Shown in pieces: positions 29,880 through 40,742 of a stretch of DNA of 64,000 bases; within the stretch, counting starts at the first letter, position 1, and each line of letters starts with the position of its first letter. The position numbers and the translations under genes were made by a program. The stretch lies in IMG/VR virus record IMGVR_UViG_3300032007_000014; one strand, written 5' to 3'. Source of the DNA: a virus (lineage: Duplodnaviria > Caudoviricetes). The notes below the pieces were generated by a model. It was not told where the DNA came from, did not search any database, and saw nothing but the letters and a program-made list of their open reading frames with translations.

Positions 29880-31223
29880 TTAAAACATGAAATCCAACAG
29901 GATCACACCATGTTCGACAGATTGGTTGAATACATCCAGATTTCTTCTGGAGGAATATGTGATACTGTTACACATATAATTGTGTCCGCTCTCCAGGGGC
30001 TTTGCCCAGTTCTGGCGATTGACATTGATCACAGAGTAACGATCTTTCACAAATTCTTTGAATGAAGAAGCGATGTATTTCTGCGGATCGAATTCATCAA
30101 AGTTCTGAATGAAATGTCCTCCACCATACTGGATCCTTGTATAATCAAGGATAGTCTTGGACGACAAATCATAAGCAAGTCCGCCTACATATCCAGGGAA
30201 CTTGAAAGAGTTGTCACTGATTCTCATGATAGGTTCATGATAACCAATGGTGATCTTTGCGTTAATGAGAATCAAGAAACTGTTCTCACATTTCATCAAA
30301 TCAAATTCACCATCATCTTTGATGATTGTGGTATTTGGTTCAAAGTCATAGAGACATTGTTTCTTGTCCGCTCTCATGTATGGAGTGAACCTACTCTTCT
30401 CGAATGAGATGGTTCTACTGGAAAGACGTCTGAATTCATGAGGAAGAAACAATCTTCCATCTAACACCAAGAGAACGGATTTACCTGACATGGTGTATCC
30501 AGATGGTAAATTGAACTTACTGATAGTTCCAGAACATTCTTTCAGTTTCACACATTCGATAGATCCTGCAGGTGTGAAATCAATCAAGATATGACCTGCA
30601 TTTCTATCTGTCAGATTGCGACAAAGACGCGCACCTTCTTCTCCATAAAGAACACTGTTCACAACATGTGGATAACAGAAGTATCCGTTACACACGGGAA
30701 TTGTGTTATTGAAGTTGATGTAGTTTCCTTTCTTACAGGAGAACGTAGCATCTGGTGTTGAACGTCTGAAATGATACCTGTCATTGTAATTTGGTTTGGT
30801 TACAGAACCGTGTCCAATTGTGATGAAAGTATCAACGCTCGCTGCAACAATGTTTAGTTGATGATCTCCGATCAATGACAGACCGTGTTTGATGAATGAG
30901 AGATCTTTGACTCTATCATTAATGATCATGTAGGAAGGAACTGGTATGTTGTTGTTCACATAATTGGAAAGATCGTAACCATTGGATTCAAGATTATCCA
31001 ATATGTCAACAAGAGCTTCCCAATCGGAACACACATTGATTCCTTGCACAGCATTGAACATCTTGCAGTAATCGACAGCACATGTGAAATCATCACCTTT
31101 CAGATACAGATAAACTGGACCTGTTGTGATGAAAGATGTGTTCACTTCATTCACGGTCAACGCATCACAGCTGTACAGTTTTGCACAACCGTCTCGAATA
31201 TGGATCATACCCAATATCTTCAT
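29880..31223 (-). CDS. virion structural protein (phiKZ gp164-like)
   Basis: 447 aa; NTIPVCNGYF and GKSVLLVLDGRL motifs recalled from this family. Confidence 0.5.
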   Translation of the reverse strand: MKILGMIHIRDGCAKLYSCDALTVNEVNTSFITTGPVYLYLKGDDFTCAVDYCKMFNAVQGINVCSDWEALVDILDNLESNGYDLSNYVNNNIPVPSYMIINDRVKDLSFIKHGLSLIGDHQLNIVAASVDTFITIGHGSVTKPNYNDRYHFRRSTPDATFSCKKGNYINFNNTIPVCNGYFCYPHVVNSVLYGEEGARLCRNLTDRNAGHILIDFTPAGSIECVKLKECSGTISKFNLPSGYTMSGKSVLLVLDGRLFLPHEFRRLSSRTISFEKSRFTPYMRADKKQCLYDFEPNTTIIKDDGEFDLMKCENSFLILINAKITIGYHEPIMRISDNSFKFPGYVGGLAYDLSSKTILDYTRIQYGGGHFIQNFDEFDPQKYIASSFKEFVKDRYSVINVNRQNWAKPLESGHNYMCNSITYSSRRNLDVFNQSVEHGVILLDFMF

Positions 31224-31322
31224 GTGTTCACCTTGATTTTTGCCTTAAAAATAATGCATAAGATGGTCGATAGGCTGGATTTCTCCAGCCTATCGCCCAC
31301 TGTTGAAAGGAAAAGAATGAGG

Positions 31323-32339
31323 TTACTGTTGATTGTTCTTCGCTTCAGCAGCTTTGTTGGCATTCACATAGCGAACGATCTTCTGCTGCGTTCTGAAAAG
31401 ATGTGCTTCAACAGTTTTGTAGCAACGGTCTGCATCTCTGAGAATCTTGAAGATGTCGGAGTAGACAGCCCAAAGATCAGAGGTACCATAGTTCCCCTTC
31501 TTGGCTTCAGCATCTCCGAGTCTCTTGTTCGCTGCTGCAAATTTGTCGAGCTCCTTGTAGAAGTTCATGACATTGCGAGCAACGTCCTGGGCGAGATCGG
31601 AGATGTTTCCGACAGTGTAGCCGAGTTCCTTGTAGGTCTTTCCGGCAACACGTTTCGTGATCAGGTTGGCGAAGAAAGTCTGTGCCTCTTCATTGCCAAG
31701 AACCGATGCATCGAATTTCTCTTTGATGTCGGCAATTGTTTCTTGATCCATGTCATTCAGGTTCTCAGTCGGAACCTTGCTGTACTTCTGGATCACACCC
31801 ATGTACTTGTTCGCCATGGCGATAGCATTCTTCAGACTGTCAACTGCAAGTTTCGCAGTCTTGTAGTCGAAGGTTGCATAAGAAACAACCGTGTTCTCAA
31901 GTTCAGCTTTCTGAACACTGGTGAGTTCATCCGCCTGTTCTTTCAAGACCTTGATGCATTCTTTGCGTTCGAACTCGAACGAAAGGAACAGCTGAACTCT
32001 CTCGCGGATATTCGACCACAGTCCTTCGATTGCGGCATCCGCGGATGCGAGTGCGTTCGCATGTTCAGCATCCAATTTTTCGATGAGATTCTTCTTGAAG
32101 ATATGGAGATCATACGATCCCATATTTTTCCAATCAACAGGTTCACCAATCAGACTTTCAAGTCCGTGGTTACTCCCATCGAGGGATTCAAGCAGAACCT
32201 TATCACAACCGAGCTCGCTGAGTGCCTTCTTTGCAGCAAGCAAATTCCCATCGATCACTCTGGAATGTTCCAAGCTCTCGATATGTCCTTGCCAGGCTGT
32301 CTCACAAGCATCGCATCTGTTGATGAAAAGATCGATCAT
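31323..32339 (-). CDS. putative internal head protein
   Basis: Helical; N-terminal SLE/GLE protease-type sites; AGGAG RBS. Confidence 0.55.
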   Translation of the reverse strand: MIDLFINRCDACETAWQGHIESLEHSRVIDGNLLAAKKALSELGCDKVLLESLDGSNHGLESLIGEPVDWKNMGSYDLHIFKKNLIEKLDAEHANALASADAAIEGLWSNIRERVQLFLSFEFERKECIKVLKEQADELTSVQKAELENTVVSYATFDYKTAKLAVDSLKNAIAMANKYMGVIQKYSKVPTENLNDMDQETIADIKEKFDASVLGNEEAQTFFANLITKRVAGKTYKELGYTVGNISDLAQDVARNVMNFYKELDKFAAANKRLGDAEAKKGNYGTSDLWAVYSDIFKILRDADRCYKTVEAHLFRTQQKIVRYVNANKAAEAKNNQQ

Positions 32340-32471
32340 TGTGTTATCTCCTGATGTGGTTTCACAAAAAAATAATGGTTCAAATAATGTTCTCAGGAAT
32401 CCGCTTTAATAGAACACAACGTTTCACTTGTGTAATGTATACACGAATTCCTGATGAACATTTGGAGATCA

Positions 32472-34538
32472 TTACGATCTCACTTCAACCGGAACACCAT
32501 AGATAACACGATAAATGCCATCAACGTAGTTGAGGAATTCCATCAACACTGTTGTTCCGACTCGGTTGACAGAGGTATTCATTGCAAAATGCTCTGCATA
32601 ACTGTTGACTGCAATCTGAGTTGTGATCTCATTTCCAGTCGCTATATCGCGGAGTATGAAATGCGATGGAGCGGGTGCTTGTGTCACTGCTTCTGCATCT
32701 GAATTGAATGCAGGAGGTTCTCCATTCCTGTAGAAGTTCTCGATGAATGTCGCGACAGTTGGGAACGTTGTCACATCGATGTAATACGTACCGGTGTTAC
32801 TTGCATAACGAATAATCGGTCTCGAATACGGTGCAGCATTGTTTCCATACACACGTCCAGCGTATGCACCACCTGAAACAGCAGTGAAGTTCGATGCTGA
32901 ATCAGCGAGTAAGAATGGAACAGCGTTGTTTCGATCTCTCAGACGAATGGCAACTGTCTGATAATAGATCGATGTGTTTCCATTCTCATCGACAGGAACT
33001 GTTGTTGCAATCGTGAACGCCTGGAGTGCAGAGAAGTTCGTTCCATCGAAAGAGTTCTGATCGATACGAACATCTGTCAGAGGACCATCTGGTCTTGCTT
33101 GATAGATGTTGTAAGGATAGTACACAAGCTTGTACTTATTCTCCGTCGTATCCCAGATAGGAATAACGGAGATCTTCGCCATGGAGTTGATCTCTTGATC
33201 GATGATGCGGATAGTCTTCTCACGATAAAGATATCCAAGACGAGAAGTGTTGCTGTGTCTCGTCCAGTTGATGTTTCTGTTCTTGGCTGGGAAGTATTTG
33301 AACAGAACTCTGAACTCACGTCCAGCAATTGTACTGTCAATGTCTTCCAGTCCATACACGAAACAACACTGGTTGTCGATAGGAACTGCTTCCGTTGTTC
33401 CATCAGCATACACCAGCTTTGGTGTGATGGACAGAGTGGACGGAAGATATCCCTTTCTCAGAACCCAAATATCAGAGTCAAGGGGACTGTTGTTCAGATC
33501 GATGTCAAAATCAACAATCGCAGTTGCTGAGATATCCATGTCTTCAATGACATGAGATTTGTGAGCAATGAGTTCGATAGACAGAATCTTGTTGTGAACA
33601 TCTCTGTTGCTCAGATCAGTCACAGTTTCGAACACTTCCAGTTGGATAACTTCACCATCTGTAAGTGTCACATCAGGTGCTGCAAAACACAGATCTCCTT
33701 TCAAGACATAACGAATTGTCGTGTCTTCAGGGAGAACGTAGACAACATCTCCAACAGAGATGTTGTTTGCATCTGCAACAAATTCCAGACGTTCTGCAAT
33801 CACTTCGCCGTTCTCAACACGATTGGTGACGACTTGAACTGTCTTTCCAATGATGTTGCTCTTGTTCTCAGCAGTGACCACAAATTTCTCTGCAAGGACG
33901 GACACAATCGGGATAGCAGAACCTGTCTGTGCGGATCCACTGTTGACACGGCTGATAACCGTCCTGTTTCCTTCTGTATCAGTTCTTACGAGCTGATAAT
34001 ACGAAGGATGTTTTCCGTAGAAAACAAGTTTTCGATCAAGCTTCAGAAGTGTTTCGGTTGTGTTGGCGTCGATGTTCCTCACGTCGTAATACAACATGTA
34101 AACATCATTCCCGTATCCGACAATTCGGTTCGGTGCATCGTCATCGTTGTCAACCAATCTGATTGGTCGAAGAGTTGTCTTCAGTGTATCAGGATCAACA
34201 CTGTGAACAACGTAGAGGACGTAGACACCGTTACCGATAGTATCATCGACAACGAGAGAATTGACACCAGGAACAACCTTTCCTGATTGTTCAGATGGAC
34301 CATCACCTTCCACGTAGTAGGTATTCAGTGGGATTTGTGCTCCCACTGTAACCGTTGCTTCATGATAGGTGACAAGAACACCACTTCCCTCCCTTGTGTA
34401 ATAAGTCACACCAGGTTGGAAAGTGGTATCTGAAGTCAGGATGAAATCACTATCTGGGTCATAGATACTCGATCGTTTGTACACATCCGGAGCAAGATCT
34501 CCGAATAGTAACAAATCGTTTTTGAGATAATCACCCAT
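32472..34538 (-). CDS. virion/baseplate structural protein (phiKZ gp26-like)
   Basis: Order gp26-27-28 / sheath; beta-rich; VPGVNSLVVD. Confidence 0.6.
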   Translation of the reverse strand: MGDYLKNDLLLFGDLAPDVYKRSSIYDPDSDFILTSDTTFQPGVTYYTREGSGVLVTYHEATVTVGAQIPLNTYYVEGDGPSEQSGKVVPGVNSLVVDDTIGNGVYVLYVVHSVDPDTLKTTLRPIRLVDNDDDAPNRIVGYGNDVYMLYYDVRNIDANTTETLLKLDRKLVFYGKHPSYYQLVRTDTEGNRTVISRVNSGSAQTGSAIPIVSVLAEKFVVTAENKSNIIGKTVQVVTNRVENGEVIAERLEFVADANNISVGDVVYVLPEDTTIRYVLKGDLCFAAPDVTLTDGEVIQLEVFETVTDLSNRDVHNKILSIELIAHKSHVIEDMDISATAIVDFDIDLNNSPLDSDIWVLRKGYLPSTLSITPKLVYADGTTEAVPIDNQCCFVYGLEDIDSTIAGREFRVLFKYFPAKNRNINWTRHSNTSRLGYLYREKTIRIIDQEINSMAKISVIPIWDTTENKYKLVYYPYNIYQARPDGPLTDVRIDQNSFDGTNFSALQAFTIATTVPVDENGNTSIYYQTVAIRLRDRNNAVPFLLADSASNFTAVSGGAYAGRVYGNNAAPYSRPIIRYASNTGTYYIDVTTFPTVATFIENFYRNGEPPAFNSDAEAVTQAPAPSHFILRDIATGNEITTQIAVNSYAEHFAMNTSVNRVGTTVLMEFLNYVDGIYRVIYGVPVEVRS

Positions 34539-37401
34539 TGATCACATCCTTGTGTTGAATTGAATCAGTTGGAAGAAGCATCTTGAACAGATACTTCAGT
34601 TTCTTGTACAAGAGTTTGTTCTTCGACCTGAACCTATGATACATCGGATAAATATCCAAGTATCTGAGATCTTGTCTCATGTAAGCAGCGTCGATCTCTT
34701 TGAGCCAAGCATATGCTCTGAATTGATATTCGAAGACTTCAGGATCTTCGTACATCTCAAAATCAAAGCTGTTGTTTGGATCCACTGTATCTCTCACAAT
34801 ACTGTTCAGGTATGTTGAGAAGATGGCGTGCGAATATGGGATCACGATACGTTGTTTCGGATCCTCATTTGCTCCAACAAAATAGGCTCTCAGTCGAGTC
34901 AACCTGTCAAGATCATTGTCATTCCTGTATTTCTCAATGATATCGATCGCTGTGCTTGGAATGATAGAACGCTGTAAATAGCATGCTCCATTCCTGTGAC
35001 CAATCGATCGAATAAAGAGTTGTCCAAAGAATGACTCGAAATCACTGATGGTTTTTCCATCAACAACCAACAGGCTGAGGTTGTCGAACCAGAACGGACT
35101 TTCACCAGCACTTGCGACCTGGTTTCCAGATACGTATCCCTTCTGTATTCCTCTCGTGGTAGCTCTCACAGCATAGATCTCAATTCGATTTGTCTTCTCC
35201 AACCAAATCAGATTCTGGAGAACAACCTCTCGTTTGATGAGGTTTCCAGATGTTTTGGATTCGAATACAACAAAATCAAGATTCTCTGTGAGTTGTCTTC
35301 CATTCAAGAACACGAGTATTGTGCAATCCCCAAGAATCGGAAATTCATCCTCATCTTCTTCAAGAGATGCCATGATCGGACCAGAGGAGATGGCTCTCCA
35401 ACTATCCTCACTGACTTCCCAAGCATCATCGTAGAACACCTTGAAGATACCTCTGTTTTCAGTAAGCATCAAAGTTGATCCAATCAGACTCTCTGAAAGT
35501 GTAAGAACATTTGTGTTGGGATTCCATGTACCTGGATTGGAAAGGTATTTGTAACTATACAGATCGGTTGATTCAACACCGTTTGCATCTTTCGCTCTCG
35601 CGCCTGTGTTCCGTTTATAAACCATGTAGTTCTCATCAGTGAACTCAACATCACGATTGTGATAGGTGTAGTACACTGGATCACTTGGAATGGTTTCTCC
35701 AACAGTCACTATTGCGGGTTGATATGACACGTTACCGAATCTGTCAGTTGACGATGTAAAATAAGCTGTATCCTCTTCAAACACACCTGTTGCTTCTTGA
35801 TAACCGTGAATCTCTCTGATCTCTTGACAGATGATCGGTTTCTCAAATACTTCAATTGCAACGATATCACCTTCGTTCAACTTAACAGAATCATCAAGAA
35901 GAACAGAGAATGTCTTTGCATCTTTCAGTACGGACAGTTGTGCATACAGCTTGTTATCCCATTCTTTTCCAATGACAGTCTGAGTGATCTCGATGTTATC
36001 ACCTGAAGCTGACTCATTTGCGAGATTCGTGACAAGACTGTCATCCAACTTGATTCCATTCAGATACACAATTGGGAACATATCCGCAGCATTGTATTCT
36101 GCAAGTACAGTTGGAATGGGAACTGTGAAGGTGTGCAATTTCTTGGATCCAACCTTGTAGTGGATCACACGATGACAGATCAACTGAATGGTGTTGTAGT
36201 AACCGAGTACATCGACGTAATAACCGATGTCTCTGGATTCTCTGGTTCCAGTTGTATCCATCAATGCATGTGCATAGATGCTGTCTTCAAGATGATCGGC
36301 TTTCCAGAATTCGAACTGGACTGCGTGTGTTCCAGTTAGGAATTTCAGAATGGTTTCGTCATCATGCACATACAAGAGATCTGTGTAATTCACATCTCTC
36401 ACAAGACCAAGTTTCTTACCATGTGTTCTGATGAACACATGTATTTCGTAGGAATCACTTGGTATATCTGCAGCAACGTACCCTATCAGGGAATCATTGA
36501 CAGAAAAGTCATTGTGAGTGAGTTGGATGAATTGATCTTCTCTCAAACACTTGTGAACAAAGAGACCTGATCTTACTGGTTCCATAACGGATGTACCAGT
36601 GGATTTTGGAATCACAAAGATATCACAAGTATTGTGTGTGATCAGTGTGTTGTATGGGTTGTATTCACGTGGAACATGAATGATCGTTCTTGTAGTCGAG
36701 TTATCCGACGTGTACGTCAAGTCTCGTTTGTTTTGCATGTCGATCACAAGCTTGGAGACTACATTGTTGTCAACGATGGCTTCAACATAGTCATTCATCT
36801 GAAGATCGGATGCTTTTGCAACGACAGAGTACTTCCCATTGATGAACACCATGGTTGCGTTCTTACAGGAAGTATAAGCAAGAGCTCTTGTGTTAGGACT
36901 TGAAATCTTGACGTACGAACAAGTGACACTCTGTTCCATATCACTATCGTGATACTTGGTGAAGTAGACACTTGCTGGACTGTAGGACTTCCCACAGCAT
37001 TTCTTGAACATGTCACGACGCACTGCAATCAGCAGTGCGTTGTTGACAACACCAGCTCGCATGTAGATGCCTTCTCTCCAGAGCCAAATCCCTGAATGAG
37101 TATACATCTGAAAAGTCAACAGATTGTCTTTGTTGTAATCAGACAGTTTCACCCAATCAGTTACATTCAGTCTGAAAGGAGCAATCTCTTCCAACGCCAC
37201 AGAATACACGAAGTACAGATCAGATGGAGTTGGCATATCTATCTGCGCATATCGTGGAGTGTAAGTACCACAAACGGCTCTTGCTGTCAAGAGCCGTGGT
37301 GCTACGTTGGTGCGATACTCTTTGTAAGGTTCATTCCAAATTCTATCAAACAAGTGCTTTTCCAAGTAATCACAGACACGTTGTTCTGTGGCAATACTCA
37401 T
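34531..37401 (-). CDS. virion structural protein (phiKZ gp27-like)
   Basis: IWNEP, FINGK, QLTHNDFSV, GYYN and VFLNGRQL motifs; gene order. Confidence 0.65.
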   Translation of the reverse strand: MSIATEQRVCDYLEKHLFDRIWNEPYKEYRTNVAPRLLTARAVCGTYTPRYAQIDMPTPSDLYFVYSVALEEIAPFRLNVTDWVKLSDYNKDNLLTFQMYTHSGIWLWREGIYMRAGVVNNALLIAVRRDMFKKCCGKSYSPASVYFTKYHDSDMEQSVTCSYVKISSPNTRALAYTSCKNATMVFINGKYSVVAKASDLQMNDYVEAIVDNNVVSKLVIDMQNKRDLTYTSDNSTTRTIIHVPREYNPYNTLITHNTCDIFVIPKSTGTSVMEPVRSGLFVHKCLREDQFIQLTHNDFSVNDSLIGYVAADIPSDSYEIHVFIRTHGKKLGLVRDVNYTDLLYVHDDETILKFLTGTHAVQFEFWKADHLEDSIYAHALMDTTGTRESRDIGYYVDVLGYYNTIQLICHRVIHYKVGSKKLHTFTVPIPTVLAEYNAADMFPIVYLNGIKLDDSLVTNLANESASGDNIEITQTVIGKEWDNKLYAQLSVLKDAKTFSVLLDDSVKLNEGDIVAIEVFEKPIICQEIREIHGYQEATGVFEEDTAYFTSSTDRFGNVSYQPAIVTVGETIPSDPVYYTYHNRDVEFTDENYMVYKRNTGARAKDANGVESTDLYSYKYLSNPGTWNPNTNVLTLSESLIGSTLMLTENRGIFKVFYDDAWEVSEDSWRAISSGPIMASLEEDEDEFPILGDCTILVFLNGRQLTENLDFVVFESKTSGNLIKREVVLQNLIWLEKTNRIEIYAVRATTRGIQKGYVSGNQVASAGESPFWFDNLSLLVVDGKTISDFESFFGQLFIRSIGHRNGACYLQRSIIPSTAIDIIEKYRNDNDLDRLTRLRAYFVGANEDPKQRIVIPYSHAIFSTYLNSIVRDTVDPNNSFDFEMYEDPEVFEYQFRAYAWLKEIDAAYMRQDLRYLDIYPMYHRFRSKNKLLYKKLKYLFKMLLPTDSIQHKDVING

Positions 37402-38432
37402 CTGCTGATCCTGTCAATGAAGAGTTTGGATGCAACAAGTTCATTGGCGAACATGATGATTTTCTTCTTCATGTCGGTGAACTTGATAAGATTGGAGATG
37501 TTTGGGTTCTTGGAACCCTGGCTATTTGCAAGCAACTGGTACACCCAGTACGGAGGATAATCCAGTGCGATCATCATCGCTTGACTGTCGATCGATCCTC
37601 TGCTCATCGTCACGTAGAGCTGTTTGCTTGTGAGAGTCTTCATACGAGAAGGACCACAAGTTGCAAGAAGTTTGCAAACGATATCCAGTGACAGAACCCA
37701 ACCATTGTTGAGTTTCAGACGTTCATCTTTGAAGATGTTCAGTCTCTCAACGATCTCCGATCCTGTACCAAGGAAGGTACAACGATACATGAGAGGAGGA
37801 ACTTCCAGTGGTTGATCTTCCTGTCCAAGTAGTTGCGCATAATACGCCGCGATGAGAGTATGAACAAGACGGAACTCATCATAACCCAGATTGAAGATGC
37901 TGCGAAGATGCACAGCGATCATCGTGGAATAGGATTCGATCACAAATGCACAGAGGTTTGGAGTGAGCCAACCATCCATGTCATTGTAACTTGCGCAAAG
38001 CATTCCTCGCGAAACAAGTGCGCAAAGTCTGGGAATATCCGTGATCTGCATAGAACTATTATATGCATCACGTTTGCCTAGAATAGGTGAAAGATTCACC
38101 CAAATATTCTGGTATTCCGCTGGAATGTTCTTGGAAATGTATTTTCCATCGACTGTGATGTCATTGAGTGTCAACAATTCAGGAACCGTATCACGTGATG
38201 CAGAGCAATCTGCAAACGTGAACATTCCCAATTTGTCCGCTTCAACGACACGCTGGTAGATGTCTGAAAAAGAGGTCTTGACATGAAGACGAATGTTCTT
38301 CAAAAAGTCGAGCTCCTGCTTTCCAAACACAACACCGGGGTTCTTCACGAAGTACGCTGCCGCGCCTATGGCACTGCCGCGTATATCAAGTGCTGCCCCG
38401 TATGGAGTATCGGCAATTGAGGGTTTCATCAT
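37398..38432 (-). CDS. virion structural protein (phiKZ gp28-like)
   Basis: TPYG N-terminus and ALDYPP motif; divergent from the sheath gene. Confidence 0.6.
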   Translation of the reverse strand: MMKPSIADTPYGAALDIRGSAIGAAAYFVKNPGVVFGKQELDFLKNIRLHVKTSFSDIYQRVVEADKLGMFTFADCSASRDTVPELLTLNDITVDGKYISKNIPAEYQNIWVNLSPILGKRDAYNSSMQITDIPRLCALVSRGMLCASYNDMDGWLTPNLCAFVIESYSTMIAVHLRSIFNLGYDEFRLVHTLIAAYYAQLLGQEDQPLEVPPLMYRCTFLGTGSEIVERLNIFKDERLKLNNGWVLSLDIVCKLLATCGPSRMKTLTSKQLYVTMSRGSIDSQAMMIALDYPPYWVYQLLANSQGSKNPNISNLIKFTDMKKKIIMFANELVASKLFIDRISR

Positions 38433-38521
38433 ATTAACCTTTCAGGGTAAAGAACTTTATTGCTCTATGGGTTAAAAGACCTATAGAATTGTCCGTTAAC
38501 AAACTTTTGGGAGATTTTGAC

Positions 38522-40729
38522 ATGTCAGGAATGGTTGCTCCTTATCCGCATGTAGAAATCGACGTTGAAGACAAGTCGATCTACATTCCGGTAAACGAAG
38601 ACATTCTCCCGCTTCATCGTCCCTTGTACATCATGCGTACTCAAAAGGGACCGGTTGGGGTTCCAGTTTGGTGCGAATCCTATACCAAAGCGAAGAAGGT
38701 CTTTGGCGCCGACACATTCAATCAGAGAAGCAAATACTTCTCTCCGTCTTCCTACTTCCTCCTTCAGCAGATGCAAGCCAACGGCGCGTTCATCATGCGT
38801 GCCGCTGACACCAACGCAGCGTCCGCCCGTCTGTTCGTTGAACTCGGACTCAAGAAAGTCACTTCTGTTCCGCAGTTCCAGCGCGACATGTACGGCAAAT
38901 TCGTCTATGATGACGAAGGCAAGAAGATTCCGCTGACCAGCGAAACCGCAATTCCTGGTTATCAGCTGATCTGGCGCGCCGTTGAGACGCCTGCTGGCAA
39001 CAACGACATCGATCCCGGCGCTTGGGAAGATCTCGCTCCGAAGCAAGATGCAACGGATTCGAATCTGACCTGGTATCCGATGTTCACATTCGTCGCCACG
39101 AACGGTGGTGAATGGGGTAACGCATTCGGATTCAAGCTCTGCTACAGCAACAAGGACAACAGCGGCGACTTCATCGTCCGCAACGGTTCCGTTGCTTATC
39201 AGATCGCTCCGGTCGAACTGGAAGCAGGAAACAGCACACCCACTGTCATTTATGACAAGTACAACAACCCCTCGGTCAACGGCGTTGTGAAACCCGACAC
39301 CATCGATTCCATCACCGAGACCGAAATCAGCTTCAACAAGAAGATCGCCGATGCTTACAGCGATGGTTACGAACTCCCGCTGCAGATCTACTACTACAGC
39401 GACAGCTTCAAGACCGTCGGCGAGAAACTGATGGAAGCTGAAATCGATGCCAAAGAAGCGATCAACACGCTGTATGGCAGCATTGTCGATATCGATGACG
39501 AAGCAGGTGCCGATGGCAACATCACCACATTCGTGGAAGACCTCTTCGGAACGATCCTGGCAGACGATGCATCCGCCGATGACATTGCCGCAATCAAGGC
39601 GATGATCACTGATACGGAAGCCGTACGTGGATTCATGGCCAACGTCATGACCTGCGTCGATCGCAACAAACGTGCATATTTCGCATCTGCGGTGGTGGCC
39701 ACCGATGAGACGACAGTCGAAGGTGCAATCGACATGGACAGTGATGCAACTCACTACATGCTCGGCGGTACCGATGGCAATTACACCGACAACTACATCG
39801 AAGAGTACACCCGCAAGTACCTGACCGCGGCCGCGAACAACAACCACGAGTACCTGATCGACTACTTCCGCATGCCCTTCAACTGTGTTATCGACACTGG
39901 CTGGAGTCTTGCCACGAAGAAAGCCTATCTGGAATTCATGGATGTCCGCGACGACCTCAAGGTCTATCTCGGAACCCAGCAGAGCTGGATGCAGGTTCAG
40001 GCCAATAAACTCATCATTCCGCCGGTCAACAGCCGTTACGAGGATGAGTCCATCGGCGCCTCTCTGCGTACCTATGCGTGGCTGATGCGTGAAAGCATCG
40101 CCAAGGGAACCGAGTGCTGCCGTTGCACGATCTTCCTGCATGCTGGCAAGACTGCCGATTACGATCGCTGGCTGCCTGGCACGCTGTGGATCGCCAAGAA
40201 ACTGGCAGAGTACTGCAACCGCGACTTCATGAACAAGGAACCCAAAGAACTGCCCAACAGCGCTGTCGAGTGCTGGAAGGAACTGAGCTGGGTTGCTTCT
40301 TCTGAAGACACCAAGTCCCGCAACTGGAATGCTGGTCTGAACTACGTTCAGTACTACAGCATGACCGGTCTCCATTACGCGTCAGTGCGTTCGGTCTACA
40401 AGTACGACACCAGCGTGCTCGTCGACGACATGTTCGTCAACGCCATCACCTGGATGAAGCACATTGTCCGTCGCAGCTGGGCACGCTTTGCAGGTGCCAC
40501 GCGTCCCGTTGCCGAACTGCAGCAGGCGATCACGGAAGACCTGACCTCCCGTCTGGCCTACATGATCAACGGCAAGTACGAATTCACCGTCGATGTCTAT
40601 CAGACGGATGAAGACAAGAAACTCGGATTCGTGCAGCATGTCGATATCACGGTCACCTCGCCGGCAACCAACCGCGTCTGGCTCGTGAACATCATCTGCA
40701 AGCGCGAAGGCTTCGAGCCCGAAGAATAA
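38522..40729 (+). CDS. tail sheath protein (phiKZ gp29-like)
   Basis: PLHRP..QKGP, FG.DTF, GGTDG, DTGWSL.TK, RSVYK.DTSVL motifs; highly-expressed codon bias. Confidence 0.88.
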   Translation: MSGMVAPYPHVEIDVEDKSIYIPVNEDILPLHRPLYIMRTQKGPVGVPVWCESYTKAKKVFGADTFNQRSKYFSPSSYFLLQQMQANGAFIMRAADTNAASARLFVELGLKKVTSVPQFQRDMYGKFVYDDEGKKIPLTSETAIPGYQLIWRAVETPAGNNDIDPGAWEDLAPKQDATDSNLTWYPMFTFVATNGGEWGNAFGFKLCYSNKDNSGDFIVRNGSVAYQIAPVELEAGNSTPTVIYDKYNNPSVNGVVKPDTIDSITETEISFNKKIADAYSDGYELPLQIYYYSDSFKTVGEKLMEAEIDAKEAINTLYGSIVDIDDEAGADGNITTFVEDLFGTILADDASADDIAAIKAMITDTEAVRGFMANVMTCVDRNKRAYFASAVVATDETTVEGAIDMDSDATHYMLGGTDGNYTDNYIEEYTRKYLTAAANNNHEYLIDYFRMPFNCVIDTGWSLATKKAYLEFMDVRDDLKVYLGTQQSWMQVQANKLIIPPVNSRYEDESIGASLRTYAWLMRESIAKGTECCRCTIFLHAGKTADYDRWLPGTLWIAKKLAEYCNRDFMNKEPKELPNSAVECWKELSWVASSEDTKSRNWNAGLNYVQYYSMTGLHYASVRSVYKYDTSVLVDDMFVNAITWMKHIVRRSWARFAGATRPVAELQQAITEDLTSRLAYMINGKYEFTVDVYQTDEDKKLGFVQHVDITVTSPATNRVWLVNIICKREGFEPEE

Positions 40730-40742
40730 GGAGTAAGTCACA

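Noticed and set aside
21150-38470. TATG late-promoter motifs upstream of structural genes
   Set aside because: A 4-nt motif is too common to assign without start-site data
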